Assembly: GCF_001194135.2 (NCBI RefSeq)
Contig: NC_068985.1
Location: forward strand, 58,600,385 to 58,664,384
Origin: Octopus bimaculoides
Taxonomy: Eukaryota
DNA: 64,000 nt
Direction of reading: 5' to 3'
Below are positions 25,091 to 38,172 of this stretch, piece by piece. Position numbers and translations under genes: made by a program. Every line of letters begins with the position of its first letter. Position 1 is the first letter of the stretch. A model generated the notes under the pieces. The model was not told where the DNA came from, did no database searches, and worked only from the letters and a program-made list of their open reading frames with translations.

Positions 25091-25404
25091 TGGACATGCC
25101 CTCTTTAGCATAAGATAAACCAACCGAATATACGAACAGCTTAACAGTTTTCGGAATGATTAGAGGTCACTTCATTTAGCTTCCCCTCGATAAATCCCTA
25201 ACGCAAAATATGGATATGTTACATTTATCAAACCCTAAATTAAGAAATACCATGTGAGATCGAAAAAACAAAAAGTTAGCAGCACTGACAACGTCCAGTT
25301 CTTCATCCTGTTTCTTGTTCAAATGAATGTAATTTATTTTAAATTAAATTTATTTTAAAATTCAACTCATTTAAAAATAACCTGGCAACGATATACAGTT
25401 CGGA

Positions 25405-25832
25405 GGACCGCTTTCCAACCATATAGTTTCGGGTTCAGCTCCATTGTGCTGCACTCTAGGGAAGTGTTTTCTACTATAGCTCTGGCCCCAGATCATCAAA
25501 TGCCTTCTGAGAGAATTTAGTTGACAGAAACGGTATAGAAGTCAGTTTTGTATGTGTGTGTGTGTGTGTGTGTGTCTGTGTCTGTGTGTGTGTTGGTGTG
25601 TGTGTGTGCGTACTTGTGTGTATCTGCACACACTCGTGTGTGCATGTGCTTTGTGTTTGTTGTATCCTCTCGCCGCCGCTTAATAACCGGTGTTTGTTTG
25701 TTTATGTCACTTGTATCTTAATGGTTCGAAAAAAAGTACCATTGCAATACGTACTGGGGTCGACTTGGTAGATCAAATCCTTCGAGACGGTGCTCCTGCA
25801 TAGCCGCAGTCAATGACTAAAGAGAGTAAAAG
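25405..25832 (+). mobile_element. tRNA-derived SINE family 2 with an internal (TG)n tract
   Basis: gggttcagctccattgtg...ctactatagc head, central GT repeat, ggtgctcc..gcatagccgcagtcaatgact tail; homologous to 47441-47838. Confidence 0.8.
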
Positions 25833-26557
25833 AAAAGTGTCCCGTGTTGATACCTATTTTACTGTGGATATTTATTACACACAATATATAAGGTATATTT
25901 ATCACTGTCAGTGTACCATTAACCTTACAAAATAAAATTTAAGTTGGTAAATGTTACAATCGAATCAACTTATACATATTCGACAACTTACGATACCATA
26001 TGCAACAAGAGAAAATTCGTTCTAAATATGGATGTGATTAATAATTTAAGAGAACTGACGTTATCTTTATCGTTCAACAAGCGACGAAGTATAGATTGCG
26101 GCTTTCAGTTATGAAACTGCTGCAGGAATAACGCGGAGCAGAATATTAATACATGAACTTCAATGTCAGCAAAATTAACTGTAGTGGAAATCTAATACAA
26201 AAATCCAATCATATGAATACAATGGGTATTTCATAACATTTACATAATATTATACGCAGGCGTAAAGAGACTTGCAATCTTGTAATTAACTAATATTGTT
26301 GTATGTAATTAATTGAAACATAATTCAATTGTAAATCCGACATATGCAAGCAGAGGAAACTTATGATATCATTCAAAAATCCACAGTTGCTAATTTGATA
26401 TTAAGACATTAATATTTATAAAACAACCAGATAAAACAGGTATTGATATATGAGTAAAATAAAAATTTCATTATAAATAGAACACGTATCCAATAATAAT
26501 AAACAAAGCCTTAGCATGGCAAACTGATCAGATGCAAATATTCAACATACATACAAG

Positions 26558-26605
<48 letters not shown>

Positions 26606-27565
26606 TATAGAGAGAGAGAGATATATATATATATATANNNNNNNNNNNNNNNNNNNNNNNNNNNNNNNNNNNNNNNNNNNNNNNNNNNNNNNNNNNNNNN
26701 NNNNNNNNNNNNNNNNNNNNNNNNNNNNNNNNNNNNNNNNNNNNNNNNNNNNNNNNNNNNNNNNNNNNNNNNNNNNNNNNNNNNNNNNNNNNNNNNNNNN
26801 NNNNNNNNNNNNNNNNNNNNNNNNNNNNNNNNNNNNNNNNNNNNNNNNNNNNNNNNNNNNNNNNNNNNNNNNNNNNNNNNNNNNNNNNNNNNNNNNNNNN
26901 NNNNNNNNNNNNNNNNNNNNNNNNNNNNNNNNNNNNNNNNNNNNNNNNNNNNNNNNNNNNNNNNNNNNNNNNNNNNNNNNNNNNNNNNNNNNNNNNNNNN
27001 NNNNNNNNNNNNNNNNNNNNNNNNNNNNNNNNNNNNNNNNNNNNNNNNNNNNNNNNNNNNNNNNNNNNNNNNNNNNNNNNNNNNNNNNNNNNNNNNNNNN
27101 NNNNNNNNNNNNNNNNNNNNNNNNNNNNNNNNNNNNNNNNNNNNNNNNNNNNNNNNNNNNNNNNNNNNNNNNNNNNNNNNNNNNNNNNNNNNNNNNNNNN
27201 NNNNNNNNNNNNNNNNNNNNNNNNNNNNNNNNNNNNNNNNNNNNNNNNNNNNNNNNNNNNNNNNNNNNNNNNNNNNNNNNNNNNNNNNNNNNNNNNNNNN
27301 NNNNNNNNNNNNNNNNNNNNNNNNNNNNNNNNNNNNNNNNNNNNNNNNNNNNNNNNNNNNNNNNNNNNNNNNNNNNNNNNNNNNNNNNNNNNNNNNNNNN
27401 NNNNNNNNNNNNNNNNNNNNNNNNNNNNNNNNNNNNNNNNNNNNNNNNNNNNNNNNNNNNNNNNNNNNNNNNNNNNNNNNNNNNNNNNNNNNNNNNNNNN
27501 NNNNNNNNNNNNNNNNNNNNNNNNNNNNNNNNNNNNNNNNNNNNNNNNNNNNNNNNNNNNNNNNA

Positions 27566-27725
27566 CAAGGCCAGCAATTTCGATTACACTTAATTTCAGC
27601 GACGCTTTAAAGGTTGAAAGGTAAACTCGGCCTTGGTGGAATTTGATCCCAGAACTTAGAGACGGACGAAATCCCTCTTAGCATTCTGCCTTTCGTGCTA
27701 ACGATTCTAGAAGCTTGCTGCCTTA
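27566..27725 (-). mobile_element. Family 1 SINE
   Basis: caaggccagcaatttc...ggaatttgatcccagaacttagagacggacgaaat...gtgctaacgattct. Confidence 0.8.
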
Positions 27726-28234
27726 AAAGTTCATTAATATTGAGTTATATTAACAATTAGATAGATGACGTTTTTAAAAGAGTAAGAAAGGAAAAAGTAA
27801 GGGAAGATTTTTCTTTTTCTTGTTTTTCGTTTTTCAATTTGTGCTGTAGTGCATGAAGGAGGATTCATCGCAGCTAGTTTTGCTCTTTGGGCTGTTTTAT
27901 GTTAATATTGCTTTGTATATGTTTTTAAGGTAAAGATTCAAGTTATGATTGTACTTATAATGATATCAATTGTTTTTATCCGTCCATAGTCTACTCTTCA
28001 GCGTTCTAGTTGATTGACTTTCTGGTGATGTCATGTGTGTGTCATTTGTTTTCATCCCTTGTTTTGATCCAGTGCTCTGGTGTGTTGCTTTTCTGCTTAT
28101 GCCTTTTGTTTTTATCAAAGGATTTGGAAACTTGTTTTTGCTTGAGGTTCGTTTGGTTTTATTCTTTTAAGAAGCCACTGTTCTCGGTCAGCTCAGTGTG
28201 TATTTTGAAGAGGACCTGCCTTAGAAAAGGACTG

Positions 28235-28420
28235 GCGACATTGTCTTGATGCAGCGTCTTGAAAAGCGTCACAAGGCAGCATCCACCCGAATCGAGTCAA
28301 CAGACACTTGCTGTGACATCTGTGGGCATCTGTGTGTATTCAGCTTTTGACTGCGGAGTCTCATCGCTGAAAACACTGACTTTGTCATCATCAGACACCG
28401 ATGGGCTACCTACCATCTGC
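28235..28420 (+). mobile_element. RTE (BovB-like) LINE 3' terminus
   Basis: RHKAASTRIESTDTCCDICGHLCV.S.AF (CxxC knuckle) followed by gtcatcatcagacaccgatgggctacc, typical of RTE ends. Confidence 0.6.
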
Positions 28421-28429
28421 GAGGAAATC

Positions 28430-29200
28430 CTTATATTTATTGACACAAGTATTGATTTCTTGTATAGTATTACAATACTCTACCAACCTTGCTATGCGCA
28501 TGGAAAATACAATTAATGGATGTTTTAAGAGCAACGAATTAAGCCAAATATCTAACTCTTTTGGAAATCTAAACTTGAAGTCACAATAGAAACCTGTTAA
28601 AAGACCGGATGAACTTTGATGTATCTTCACTTGTTGATATTGTAAATGTTCCGCCATTGTAAAACTAAGCTGAAAAAGCATCAAGTGAAAACGAAGCTTG
28701 TACACTAGCTTAGAAATGTTTAAGCTAAATCCAAGAATATTGTAGTTGAATCACAATTTGATGCAATATCTAGAGGACATTAATAAAGAAACTGTGGTAT
28801 ACTTTTGTCATCTGAAGAAATAATATGTCTAAAACGTGAAGTTGAGGAATCAAACCCAGTGTTATATAATCTTTACTTTCATTCTAGATTCTTTTATTGC
28901 ACCAAAATACATTGAGATCGTTTCAATTCTAAACTTTGATATCAAAGTCTGCAAATTTATGTTGCTTTAATAAGATTTGTAATTTATATTTTTGGTAAAG
29001 AAGAGGTTAATAATTGCAAAGCAATTTTGAAATAACTCTAGTAATAAACCGTTATTTAGTGCATTAAATTTGCGTCGAAGAAATGAGCGATGCTTTAATG
29101 AGAGGCGATGAACTGTAATATCTAAAAACATCAGTTCTTCCAAAGATCTATTTCAGATTTGTCAATGTGATTGCTGAATTTAGAAAGTATACACCTGCTT
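28430..29200 (-). mobile_element. Decayed hAT-like transposase fragment
   Basis: DFKFRFPKELDI..LLKHPL and NDLNVFWCN..DYIT segments resemble Buster/SPIN-type hAT C-terminal regions. Heavily mutated. Confidence 0.4.
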
Positions 29201-29469
29201 CACCACTTTGTCATCATATATACCTATGTATAAATAGCATAGTTTTGAGTATATCAACAATAGTTTTGAGGAAAACGAGGTTAAACAACAATTTCTGAAA
29301 ACAATGTGACATCTCTTAACACAAAACCACTAAGAACAGGGATGTAAACAAAATAACAGCAGTTATTAAGCAGTAATTGATAAATGTGATGCTTCACATC
29401 GAGTTTAAAAAATACGCACGCACCACACATGCACGCACACGCACACGCACTGACACACACACACGCACT

Positions 29470-29517
<48 letters not shown>

Positions 29518-29562
29518 TAAGTAAATCGGAAATAAAAATAGCCAATAACAAAACGGCAAAGG

Positions 29563-29666
29563 TCAAAAGGGACGTTCATATGGAATGTATCATCTTGATG
29601 CGTAGTAGAAGATGCATAAAAGAGGTGTATAACGTTTCGAATATGGCTCTTCGTTTGGCTTTCAAT
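29563..29666 (-). ncRNA. Decayed type I hammerhead-like motif
   Basis: Minus strand: GAAAGC, CAAACGA (core with two substitutions), A, GAG..TTC, GAAACGTT ... AACGTC, CCTTTT. Helices I, II and III are partly retained. Confidence 0.45.
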
Positions 29667-29689
29667 AAAAGAAAATACAGGAGGACCAG

Positions 29690-29830
29690 TTAACTATTGT
29701 TTTCTACTTGTGTTATTGATTCTTTTGCCGGACCGTAAAGTTACGGGGACGTAAACACAATAACACTGGTTTCAAGGAGTGATGAGGGGAACAAACACAA
29801 ACGCTTACACACAATCATACATGTATATAC
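29690..29830 (-). mobile_element. Family 2 SINE fragment
   Basis: tcttttgccggaccgtaaagttacggggacgtaaacacaataacactggtt is the reverse complement of the family 2 body. Confidence 0.75.
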
Positions 29831-30031
29831 ATACATACATACATACATACACACACACACACGCACACACATATGCATATATATATATATTTCTATATAT
29901 ATATGTTGTGTTTAACGTTTTTTTATGTCCTGTACCCATATATGCATGTATGTATACATATATATGTAAGTATGTACATATATATATGTATATAGGAATA
30001 TATTTATATGCCATTTATATTATATTATATC

Positions 30032-30096
<65 letters not shown>

Positions 30097-32479
30097 CGTA
30101 ATATATATCATATATTGTATAAAATATAATCCACCCACTCAGATGCAGACACTCATACATACACAGACACACACACTCACACGTTCACACTCTCGCACAT
30201 GCAGGCACACACACACACACACTCACACAGCGGGATTTCACAGTTTCCATTTACTAAATTTAGTCCACTCGAGGCTATATCAGGAGCTACTTACTCGAAT
30301 TCCCTCGCTTGGGAAGTGAACCTGAAATCATGTTGCTGCAAAACGATTTTCTTAACCATACAACCATCCTAACAACTGTTAGCGATAATATCTTATTATT
30401 TTAAAAAGCATTTTTCTAAATAATTATTGTTTTCTAACAGTAGTACAATGTCTCAAATATTGGTTGACAATTCATTCGATTATATTGACTGCATTATATA
30501 GGGATGAGGATAATTATTTAGCGATTACGGAAATAGAAAAGAAAAGCCACTATCAGTATGATTTGAAAATAAAAATATAAAGTATATAGTCGCCACTCGC
30601 AATTGTGTATGGCTTGTAGTAGTACTTGTATCATGCTTTTGCAAATTATATTTATTAAGTGCCTATGCAGTCGCGGGTATACATATGCATCCTTTCATCT
30701 GTTCCAACATTGATCCAAAGGAACATCAGGTGGGGGAAAAAAGTTTGCCCCAGCACTAGGTTGGTTCTTATTTTTAACGAAGTAAACTGGAGCAACGCGA
30801 AAAAGACAAAACGCATCAACCGACCCAGGAGTCGAACAACAAAATTTATCTCGTAAGCAGAATACCATAAAACACCTGTCACAAGCCTTTTACATTAGAG
30901 TTAGAATCCCCATATATTGAAAGTTAATCCAGTCCCACAATGAACTTTGTTGAGCATTCTAGCAATCCAGTACCATATTTGCTCAACAATACATAGTTTG
31001 TCATATGTATGTATGATCTGCTGTTGTGTGGGCAGGAAGTACTCAATTATATCGATTCCTTGACTCGACTAGTACTCTATTTTATGGACGTTTACGTCGA
31101 CAAAGTTTGATTTCTGAACAACTCATCAGTCACTCTAGCACAAATTGTTTCTAGCGTAGAAACAAGCCCTAAAATATCACTGGGGTAGTTAGCCTATAGC
31201 ACTGACGTCAGTATTTGAATAGTGCTTCATTACATCGTCCATATGTAAATGATAAAAGGCAAATTTTGATCTTGGTGGAATGTGATACCAGAACGTAAAG
31301 CGCTGGAATAAACAACACGAGCCATTTTTCCAAGATTCTAACCATTCTGCCATACCACTGCCTCCCTTTATTTGTCCAACATGACAGTCAATGGAACAAT
31401 TATGTATGAATACTTTAAAGCTTTTTCTATATAACTATTGGCAGTTTATCGATTGACACTTCTTATTTATAATATAGTTTCTACTCACGGTTTCTCAGTT
31501 CTGATTTAAAAGAATAAATTGCAGCTTTTCGTCAAGCTTTCTAGTCATTGTTTTTACAATCTGACACAAAGTCAGTTTTACATGCAATGCAGTAGTTGAA
31601 TGTTGAGACATTATATTGCTATTATTGGTATTATCGTCATTATATTCGAATCATAGTAATGATTATACTATATAACGTAATAAGTATATGACAGATGGTA
31701 GAGTAAATGTATTAAATAAGGCATAAATTGGGTATTATATAAATAAAGCATCATTTTAGTAACAATGTAATTCAAACACTCACAGCATATCGACCACAGA
31801 ATACTCATTCCAACGTCGTTAGTAGAAGATAAACAGCGAGGAGGTGGAGAAAGGTAAAGAACTAAAGCAACAAAGTAAGTCTTTAAATGAAGTATAACAT
31901 TTCAACAGTTAAGAGATGAATTTGCTATAAAAATGTGAAGAGATTTGAATTACGTGCGATGGAGGGACGAGTAATAAAATCAAATTTTGTTTTTATGTGA
32001 GTGCAAAAAACTATTGGGAATTATAAAACGTACAATGGTTATGAGTATTTCCTTTTAATTACTGCCAGAATCCTGGGAGTGTTAATATTAGAAACGTGAT
32101 AGGTTTTAGAGGCGTATAATACGATAAATTTGGAGATTAAATGGTTTTCTGTTGACATACATACATACATATGAGCGTGGGTGTGTGTATACATACATAC
32201 ATATATATATATATACATATACATACATACATATNNNNNNNNNNNNNNNNNNNNNNNNNNNNNNNNNNNNNNNNNNNNNNNNNNNNNNNNNNNNNNNNNN
32301 NNNNNNNNNNNNNNNNNNNNNNNNNNNNNNNNNNNNNNNNNNNNNNNNNNNNNNNNNNNNNNNNNNNNNNNNNNNNNNNNNNNNNNNNNNNNNNNNNNNN
32401 NNNNNNNNNNNNNNNNNNNNNNNNNNNNNNNNNNNNNNNNNNNNNNNNNNNNNNNNNNNNNNNNNNNNNNNNNNNNNNN

Positions 32480-32510
<31 letters not shown>

Positions 32511-33049
32511 GTATGCATGTATGTATAAACCCGTCATTTTAGCTTTATACGCCTTCATACTCCCAAAGATAAGTTTTGTTTGCCAGTGTGCGAGCGTGTA
32601 TTGATACACATCTTTAGATACCACCTGTAGATATAGGGAAATTGAAACGGTTTGTAAAGTACTACCGAACATAATAAATGTTTTGCCACGGGCAGAATTT
32701 TTCTTTATCGGTTTCAAGAAATAGATGAGTGCCTGAGGGACCTGCGAGCACAAACAGTAAATATTTGGATTCGACAGTGGCAAACGTGAAAATATATTGT
32801 TTTGAATTATCTGCACATACTTGAGTGTTAGTGATTGATCTCTCTCAAGTAAATAACGAACAAATGAGGCAGTAGATAAGTTAGAGAAATTGTGTAAAAT
32901 AGAGAAATAGCTCGGTATTAATCTTTTACTACAACGTGTTGTGAAAAGCCTAGAAGTAAGGACGGCTTTTGAAATTATGTCATCAATAAATAAATAGATG
33001 AATGCCCATATACATGTAGATCTACATGCATTTGGATATAGAATTATAG

Positions 33050-33410
33050 TGTTCGCGTAAGCGCCTCAATCCGTATATGTATATACTAAACCACCCTCGC
33101 TTGAAACACACACATGCTCACCCACATTCACGCCAAAAACTCTACATATACGTACATATACATATATATACCCGCATACACGGGTATACCCGTATACTAT
33201 AGACCTTTTTACTCCCATACTTTACCCCCTCCCCTAACTTAGGGGTCTATAGCTCTTTTGTCGTAATAACGGTCAACAACACAGTAATTTCCCTTTGTTT
33301 AACGGTCATTTTTCACAGGAATTTTCAATGGCCGGATAACTGAAGTGATGTTTGCGTGGGTTCCCACCCCGGCTTCCGAAACTCGGAGTTTTATCATGGC
33401 TACTGAATAA
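33050..33410. mobile_element. Probable non-autonomous DNA element with terminal palindromes
   Basis: 14-bp palindrome ACGGGTATACCCGT at 33180-33193 and a 9-bp inverted repeat CTATAGACC/GGTCTATAG at 33197-33252. Confidence 0.4.
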
Positions 33411-33498
33411 GTGTCACATATTTTTACAGATAAATTCCTCTATTTACATAATATTGAGGTCTCTTTCTTTCTTTTGTTGTCCTTTCTATTAATATATG

Positions 33499-33590
<92 letters not shown>

Positions 33591-34929
33591 TGTGCTTTTG
33601 TATTTGTGCCCCTCGTCACAGTACTTGACAGCCGTTGTTGTCATAAACGTGTGCCATTCAAAGATCTATGAGTCTTTTTATAGTTTAAGGAATAATAACA
33701 GTGGTGAATTTAGCCTGGAAAAATACTGTAATTAAATCCCCTTTGATCTCTTCAAACAAAGCACATATTCTAAAAAGTGTGTGAACTAAATCGTTTTTCC
33801 AAGCCACTGACATGCATTGTCGTGTGTGTCTATAGATGTGAGTATGTGTGTGAGTGTGTGTATATCTATGCTTATGTGCTTGTATATGAGTGGTTTGATC
33901 ATTTTATCTCCTTAAAAAACTGTCTTTTCAAAGTAACAAGAACCTTGCTAGGTGTGCCACGAAATTAGAAAATTCTTTCTGGCATGCGCGATCCGGATAG
34001 ATTTCAGTAGTTGGATACACAAGTTGTCTCATTATTCTCAGCAGGATATGACTTCCAATATATTTCATTTGCCTACTATACCTACAATATCCAGTCATTT
34101 GTACCGGAAAAGAGAAATCAATATATTAGGTTATAAATTATCATTTTATTACGTCTATATTATAAACTAGTTTAAGCCTGTTTGATGTGATACTGAAATG
34201 TTTAGTCAAACGAATTTATATAACGGTAATATATTTATAAATGACAAAGACGGAATCAGAAATTTGTTGATTGGAAGTGACGATCTTTGATATTAATGTT
34301 AACAATTTTGATACGTTCTAAAATCTATAATTAGGAGTTGGTATAGGTTGGGTCACAAGTTCATGTCATACGGTCACTCGAAATATCGACTGGTGACTTG
34401 CAGATTTCTTTAACTAGAGTTCAGTATATTCTTTACGTTATATACTGCGTTTGTATCTCTGCATTTTAACGAGAACTGATTGGAGAGTGACAGAGTGCTT
34501 TAAAATATACGTATGTACATGCAGCTACAAAACTGTAGTTGAGAACATCGATTCTCTCTAACGTGGCTTGCCGTCTTTAAACCAGCTGTTCAGCATTTGG
34601 GAAAGTGCTATCAAAAATAGATTGAAGTTGTTCAATTTTTATGAGAGAAAATAATAATTGATGCATTTGGTTTTGTAAGTAAATGCCTAAGTGCCAATCT
34701 GAAACATCTAGGGTTTTCGGAAAAAGAAATCAACCAGCAAACAACTATATTAAAAAGAGAAATCTGTAAGATGAACAGTAAAATAAAAACTTTTCGCAGG
34801 TTCAAATATGATAATGCGTTTGTTATCTATATGTGAATGATGGAGCTTTGTACCTTAGAAGGATGTTCTTTCTTTGCATGAAGATCTCAAATAATGAAAC
34901 GTAGAAGAGAATATACATACACACATATG

Positions 34930-35135
34930 TGGTTTCAAATTTTGGTACATGGCCAGCAATTTCGGAGGAGGGGTTCAGTCGATTAAATTCACACCAATGC
35001 TCAACTGGTTCTTATTTTACCGACCGCGAAAGCATGAAAGACAAAATCGAACCCGGCAGCATTTCATCCCAGGACGTAAAGATGGAAGAAATGCCGCAAA
35101 GTATTTCTTCCAGGAGTGCTATTAATTCTGCCATC
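34930..35135 (-). mobile_element. Family 1 SINE
   Basis: ggtttcaaattttggtacatggccagcaatttc...cgtaaagatggaagaaatgccgcaaag...gtgctattaattctgcc. Confidence 0.8.
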
Positions 35136-35986
35136 TCAAATGCACAGCAAATATTAACATGTATGACATCGCCATGCAAAATCGGATCGCTCACAATCCG
35201 AGCTTGTATAGTTTGGTGAGTCCCGACAACACTGCTGCCAGCTTAGCCTAGTAACGGGGATTGCCTTCTAAGGAACCAGAGAATACGTCATCATATAAGA
35301 GTACAGATAATCTAGTGCAGCGTCAACGGTAAAGATAATAGTGCGGTGAAATATACATTCGGGGTTCCTGCATGGTGTTGTTGAAACACCAGTAACAGAG
35401 AGGTGACCTTCTTTATCGTTTAAGCTTGTAGAAAGAAGTTTAGTCGAACAGAAACATGGTGATTTTGCTAATATGGGCGTCCTGCATCGCCTTCTCTCTG
35501 AAGTATTTTCTTTTGGTGATTGTTAGTCATTGCTGTAATATTCTCTAGGTCTCAACTAATATTTAATATGGAAGTTTATGATAATGGTAATAAACACAAC
35601 CGAAGATCATGTACGCTAACCATATTCTTGCGGATACACGCGAGATCGCGCGCACATGAAATTGCATAATTATAATGCTATATAGTATACATATGCAGAC
35701 ACGTTTAAATATATGGACATATACGAAAAGCGTTATAAACACAGAAGAGTTAAATACCTTTGTTCTCTATACAAGCTTCACCAGTTTGGTTATTTGCGCT
35801 TTCTATAGTAAGTGTTAATAATGCAATTGGATGCAGATCCACAAAGGTATTTCAAGGGTACACTTCATTATATTATGTTGACAGTAACACCGAGCAAATA
35901 CTTAGACACATACACACACAAACACACATTCAAACACACAAACGCGAGCACACAAACACACACATATGTATGCATATATCCCTTTC

Positions 35987-36017
<31 letters not shown>

Positions 36018-36124
36018 GTCTCTCTTTCTCTCTATGTATGTATTTATTTATGTATGTATCTATCTATCTATCTAACTGTCTATCTGCCTCTCTCTCGCTC
36101 TCTCTTCTCTCTCTCGCTCTCTCT

Positions 36125-36176
<52 letters not shown>

Positions 36177-36186
36177 NNNNNNNNNN

Positions 36187-36268
<82 letters not shown>

Positions 36269-36837
36269 TATGAGTAGAGAGATAGATAAAGAGTGAGGGG
36301 GAGAGACAAACAGATAGATAGACAGCTAGATAGACGAGCAGACAGACAGATAAGTATGTATGTATGTATGTATGTATGTATCTATGTACATATGTATGTA
36401 TGTATGTTACTCTAAGAAGCGATGCACAATGATAGTATCTCTGACACGAGACAGATCTAACAAATTGATTAGAATTTCCACCTCAGTTGAGTTGGGGACA
36501 GGCAAGAATTTACAGGCATAATCTCGGATGAGTTATAGGAGTGAAAATCAAAATAAATAACGAAATGTTGAAAGCATTTAATAAGTACGTTTCAGATTAT
36601 TGTGAAATATGTTATAGAAAATACATCCATTGTGCAAGAGCGTTCACAGTGAATACATTATGTAATGTATTTATTTCAGAAGGTCTCGCGTGAGGTTTGT
36701 ATTTCCTATTATTTTGATGTGTTACCTATTATAATCTGCAATGCATGCGTTAAATGCTTATAAAATATCATTACTCGCTTTGATTTTATTACAATAAATT
36801 TTTTGAGAGCATATGTGTGAAAGTGTGTGTCTCACAA

Positions 36838-36881
<44 letters not shown>

Positions 36882-37818
36882 NNNNNNNNNNNNNNNNNNN
36901 NNNNNNNNNNNNNNNNNNNNNNNNNNNNNNNNNNNNNNNNNNNNNNNNNNNNNNNNNNNNNNNNNNNNNNNNNNNNNNNNNNNNNNNNNNNNNNNNNNNN
37001 NNNNNNNNNNNNNNNNNNNNNNNNNNNNNNNNNNNNNNNNNNNNNNNNNNNNNNNNNNNNNNNNNNNNNNNNNNNNNNNNNNNNNNNNNNNNNNNNNNNN
37101 NNNNNNNNNNNNNNNNNNNNNNNNNNNNNNNNNNNNNNNNNNNNNNNNNNNNNNNNNNNNNNNNNNNNNNNNNNNNNNNNNNNNNNNNNNNNNNNNNNNN
37201 NNNNNNNNNNNNNNNNNNNNNNNNNNNNNNNNNNNNNNNNNNNNNNNNNNNNNNNNNNNNNNNNNNNNNNNNNNNNNNNNNNNNNNNNNNNNNNNNNNNN
37301 NNNNNNNNNNNNNNNNNNNNNNNNNNNNNNNNNNNNNNNNNNNNNNNNNNNNNNNNNNNNNNNNNNNNNNNNNNNNNNNNNNNNNNNNNNNNNNNNNNNN
37401 NNNNNNNNNNNNNNNNNNNNNNNNNNNNNNNNNNNNNNNNNNNNNNNNNNNNNNNNNNNNNNNNNNNNNNNNNNNNNNNNNNNNNNNNNNNNNNNNNNNN
37501 NNNNNNNNNNNNNNNNNNNNNNNNNNNNNNNNNNNNNNNNNNNNNNNNNNNNNNNNNNNNNNNNNNNNNNNNNNNNNNNNNNNNNNNNNNNNNNNNNNNN
37601 NNNNNNNNNNNNNNNNNNNNNNNNNNNNNNNNNNNNNNNNNNNNNNNNNNNNNNNNNNNNNNNNNNNNNNNNNNNNNNNNNNNNNNNNNNNNNNNNNNNN
37701 NNNNNNNNNNNNNNNNNNNNNNNNNNNNNNNNNNNNNNNNNNNNNNNNNNNNNNNNNNNNNNNNNNNNNNNNNNNNNNNNNNNNNNNNNNNNNNNNNNNN
37801 NNNNNNNNNNNNNNNNNA

Positions 37819-37925
37819 GATTGGAGCCTGGTGTTGCCATCCGGTTTCACCAGTCCTCAGTCAAATCGTCCAACCCATGCTAGCATGGAAGGCGGACGTT
37901 AAACGATGATGATGATGATGATGAT
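37819..37925 (+). mobile_element. 3' end of a (TGA)n-tailed retroposon (family 3)
   Basis: ...tccaacccatgctagcatggaaggcggacgttaaacgatgatgatgatgatga. Confidence 0.7.
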
Positions 37926-37940
37926 ATAATATATATTTAC

Positions 37941-38172
37941 TTTATTTAAAAGCAGCAGAAATATAACAAAAGGTGTTATTCAGAGATTCACTTTCCCGTT
38001 CGTCGGACAGTTTTGTTAAAAATGTTTAACAAAGGTGTCCGACGAACGGGTACGTGAACCTTTGAGTAACAGTTTTTGTAATATTTCTGCTGATTTTAAA
38101 TAAAGCACGTTGCTCTACCTCTGGTATGTGAGTACTCTTTGTTCAACCTTGTCTCACATTTATGTGCTTACT
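37941..38172 (+). mobile_element. Fold-back (MITE-like) element with ~69-bp inverted arms and an asymmetric tail
   Basis: 37941-38009 is a close reverse complement of 38036-38104, with an identical 15-bp core CCCGTTCGTCGGACA. The right arm and tail recur at 60056-60195. Confidence 0.8.

Noticed and set aside
25990-26130. Minus-strand segment ending in a GTAAGT donor-like site
   Set aside because: All frames from the nearest acceptor-like site contain stops, and there is no other support.
31085-31135. Minus-strand CTGATGA...GAAA...GTC as a hammerhead
   Set aside because: Stems II and III do not pair properly and the segment overlaps a decayed family 1 SINE motif; likely chance.
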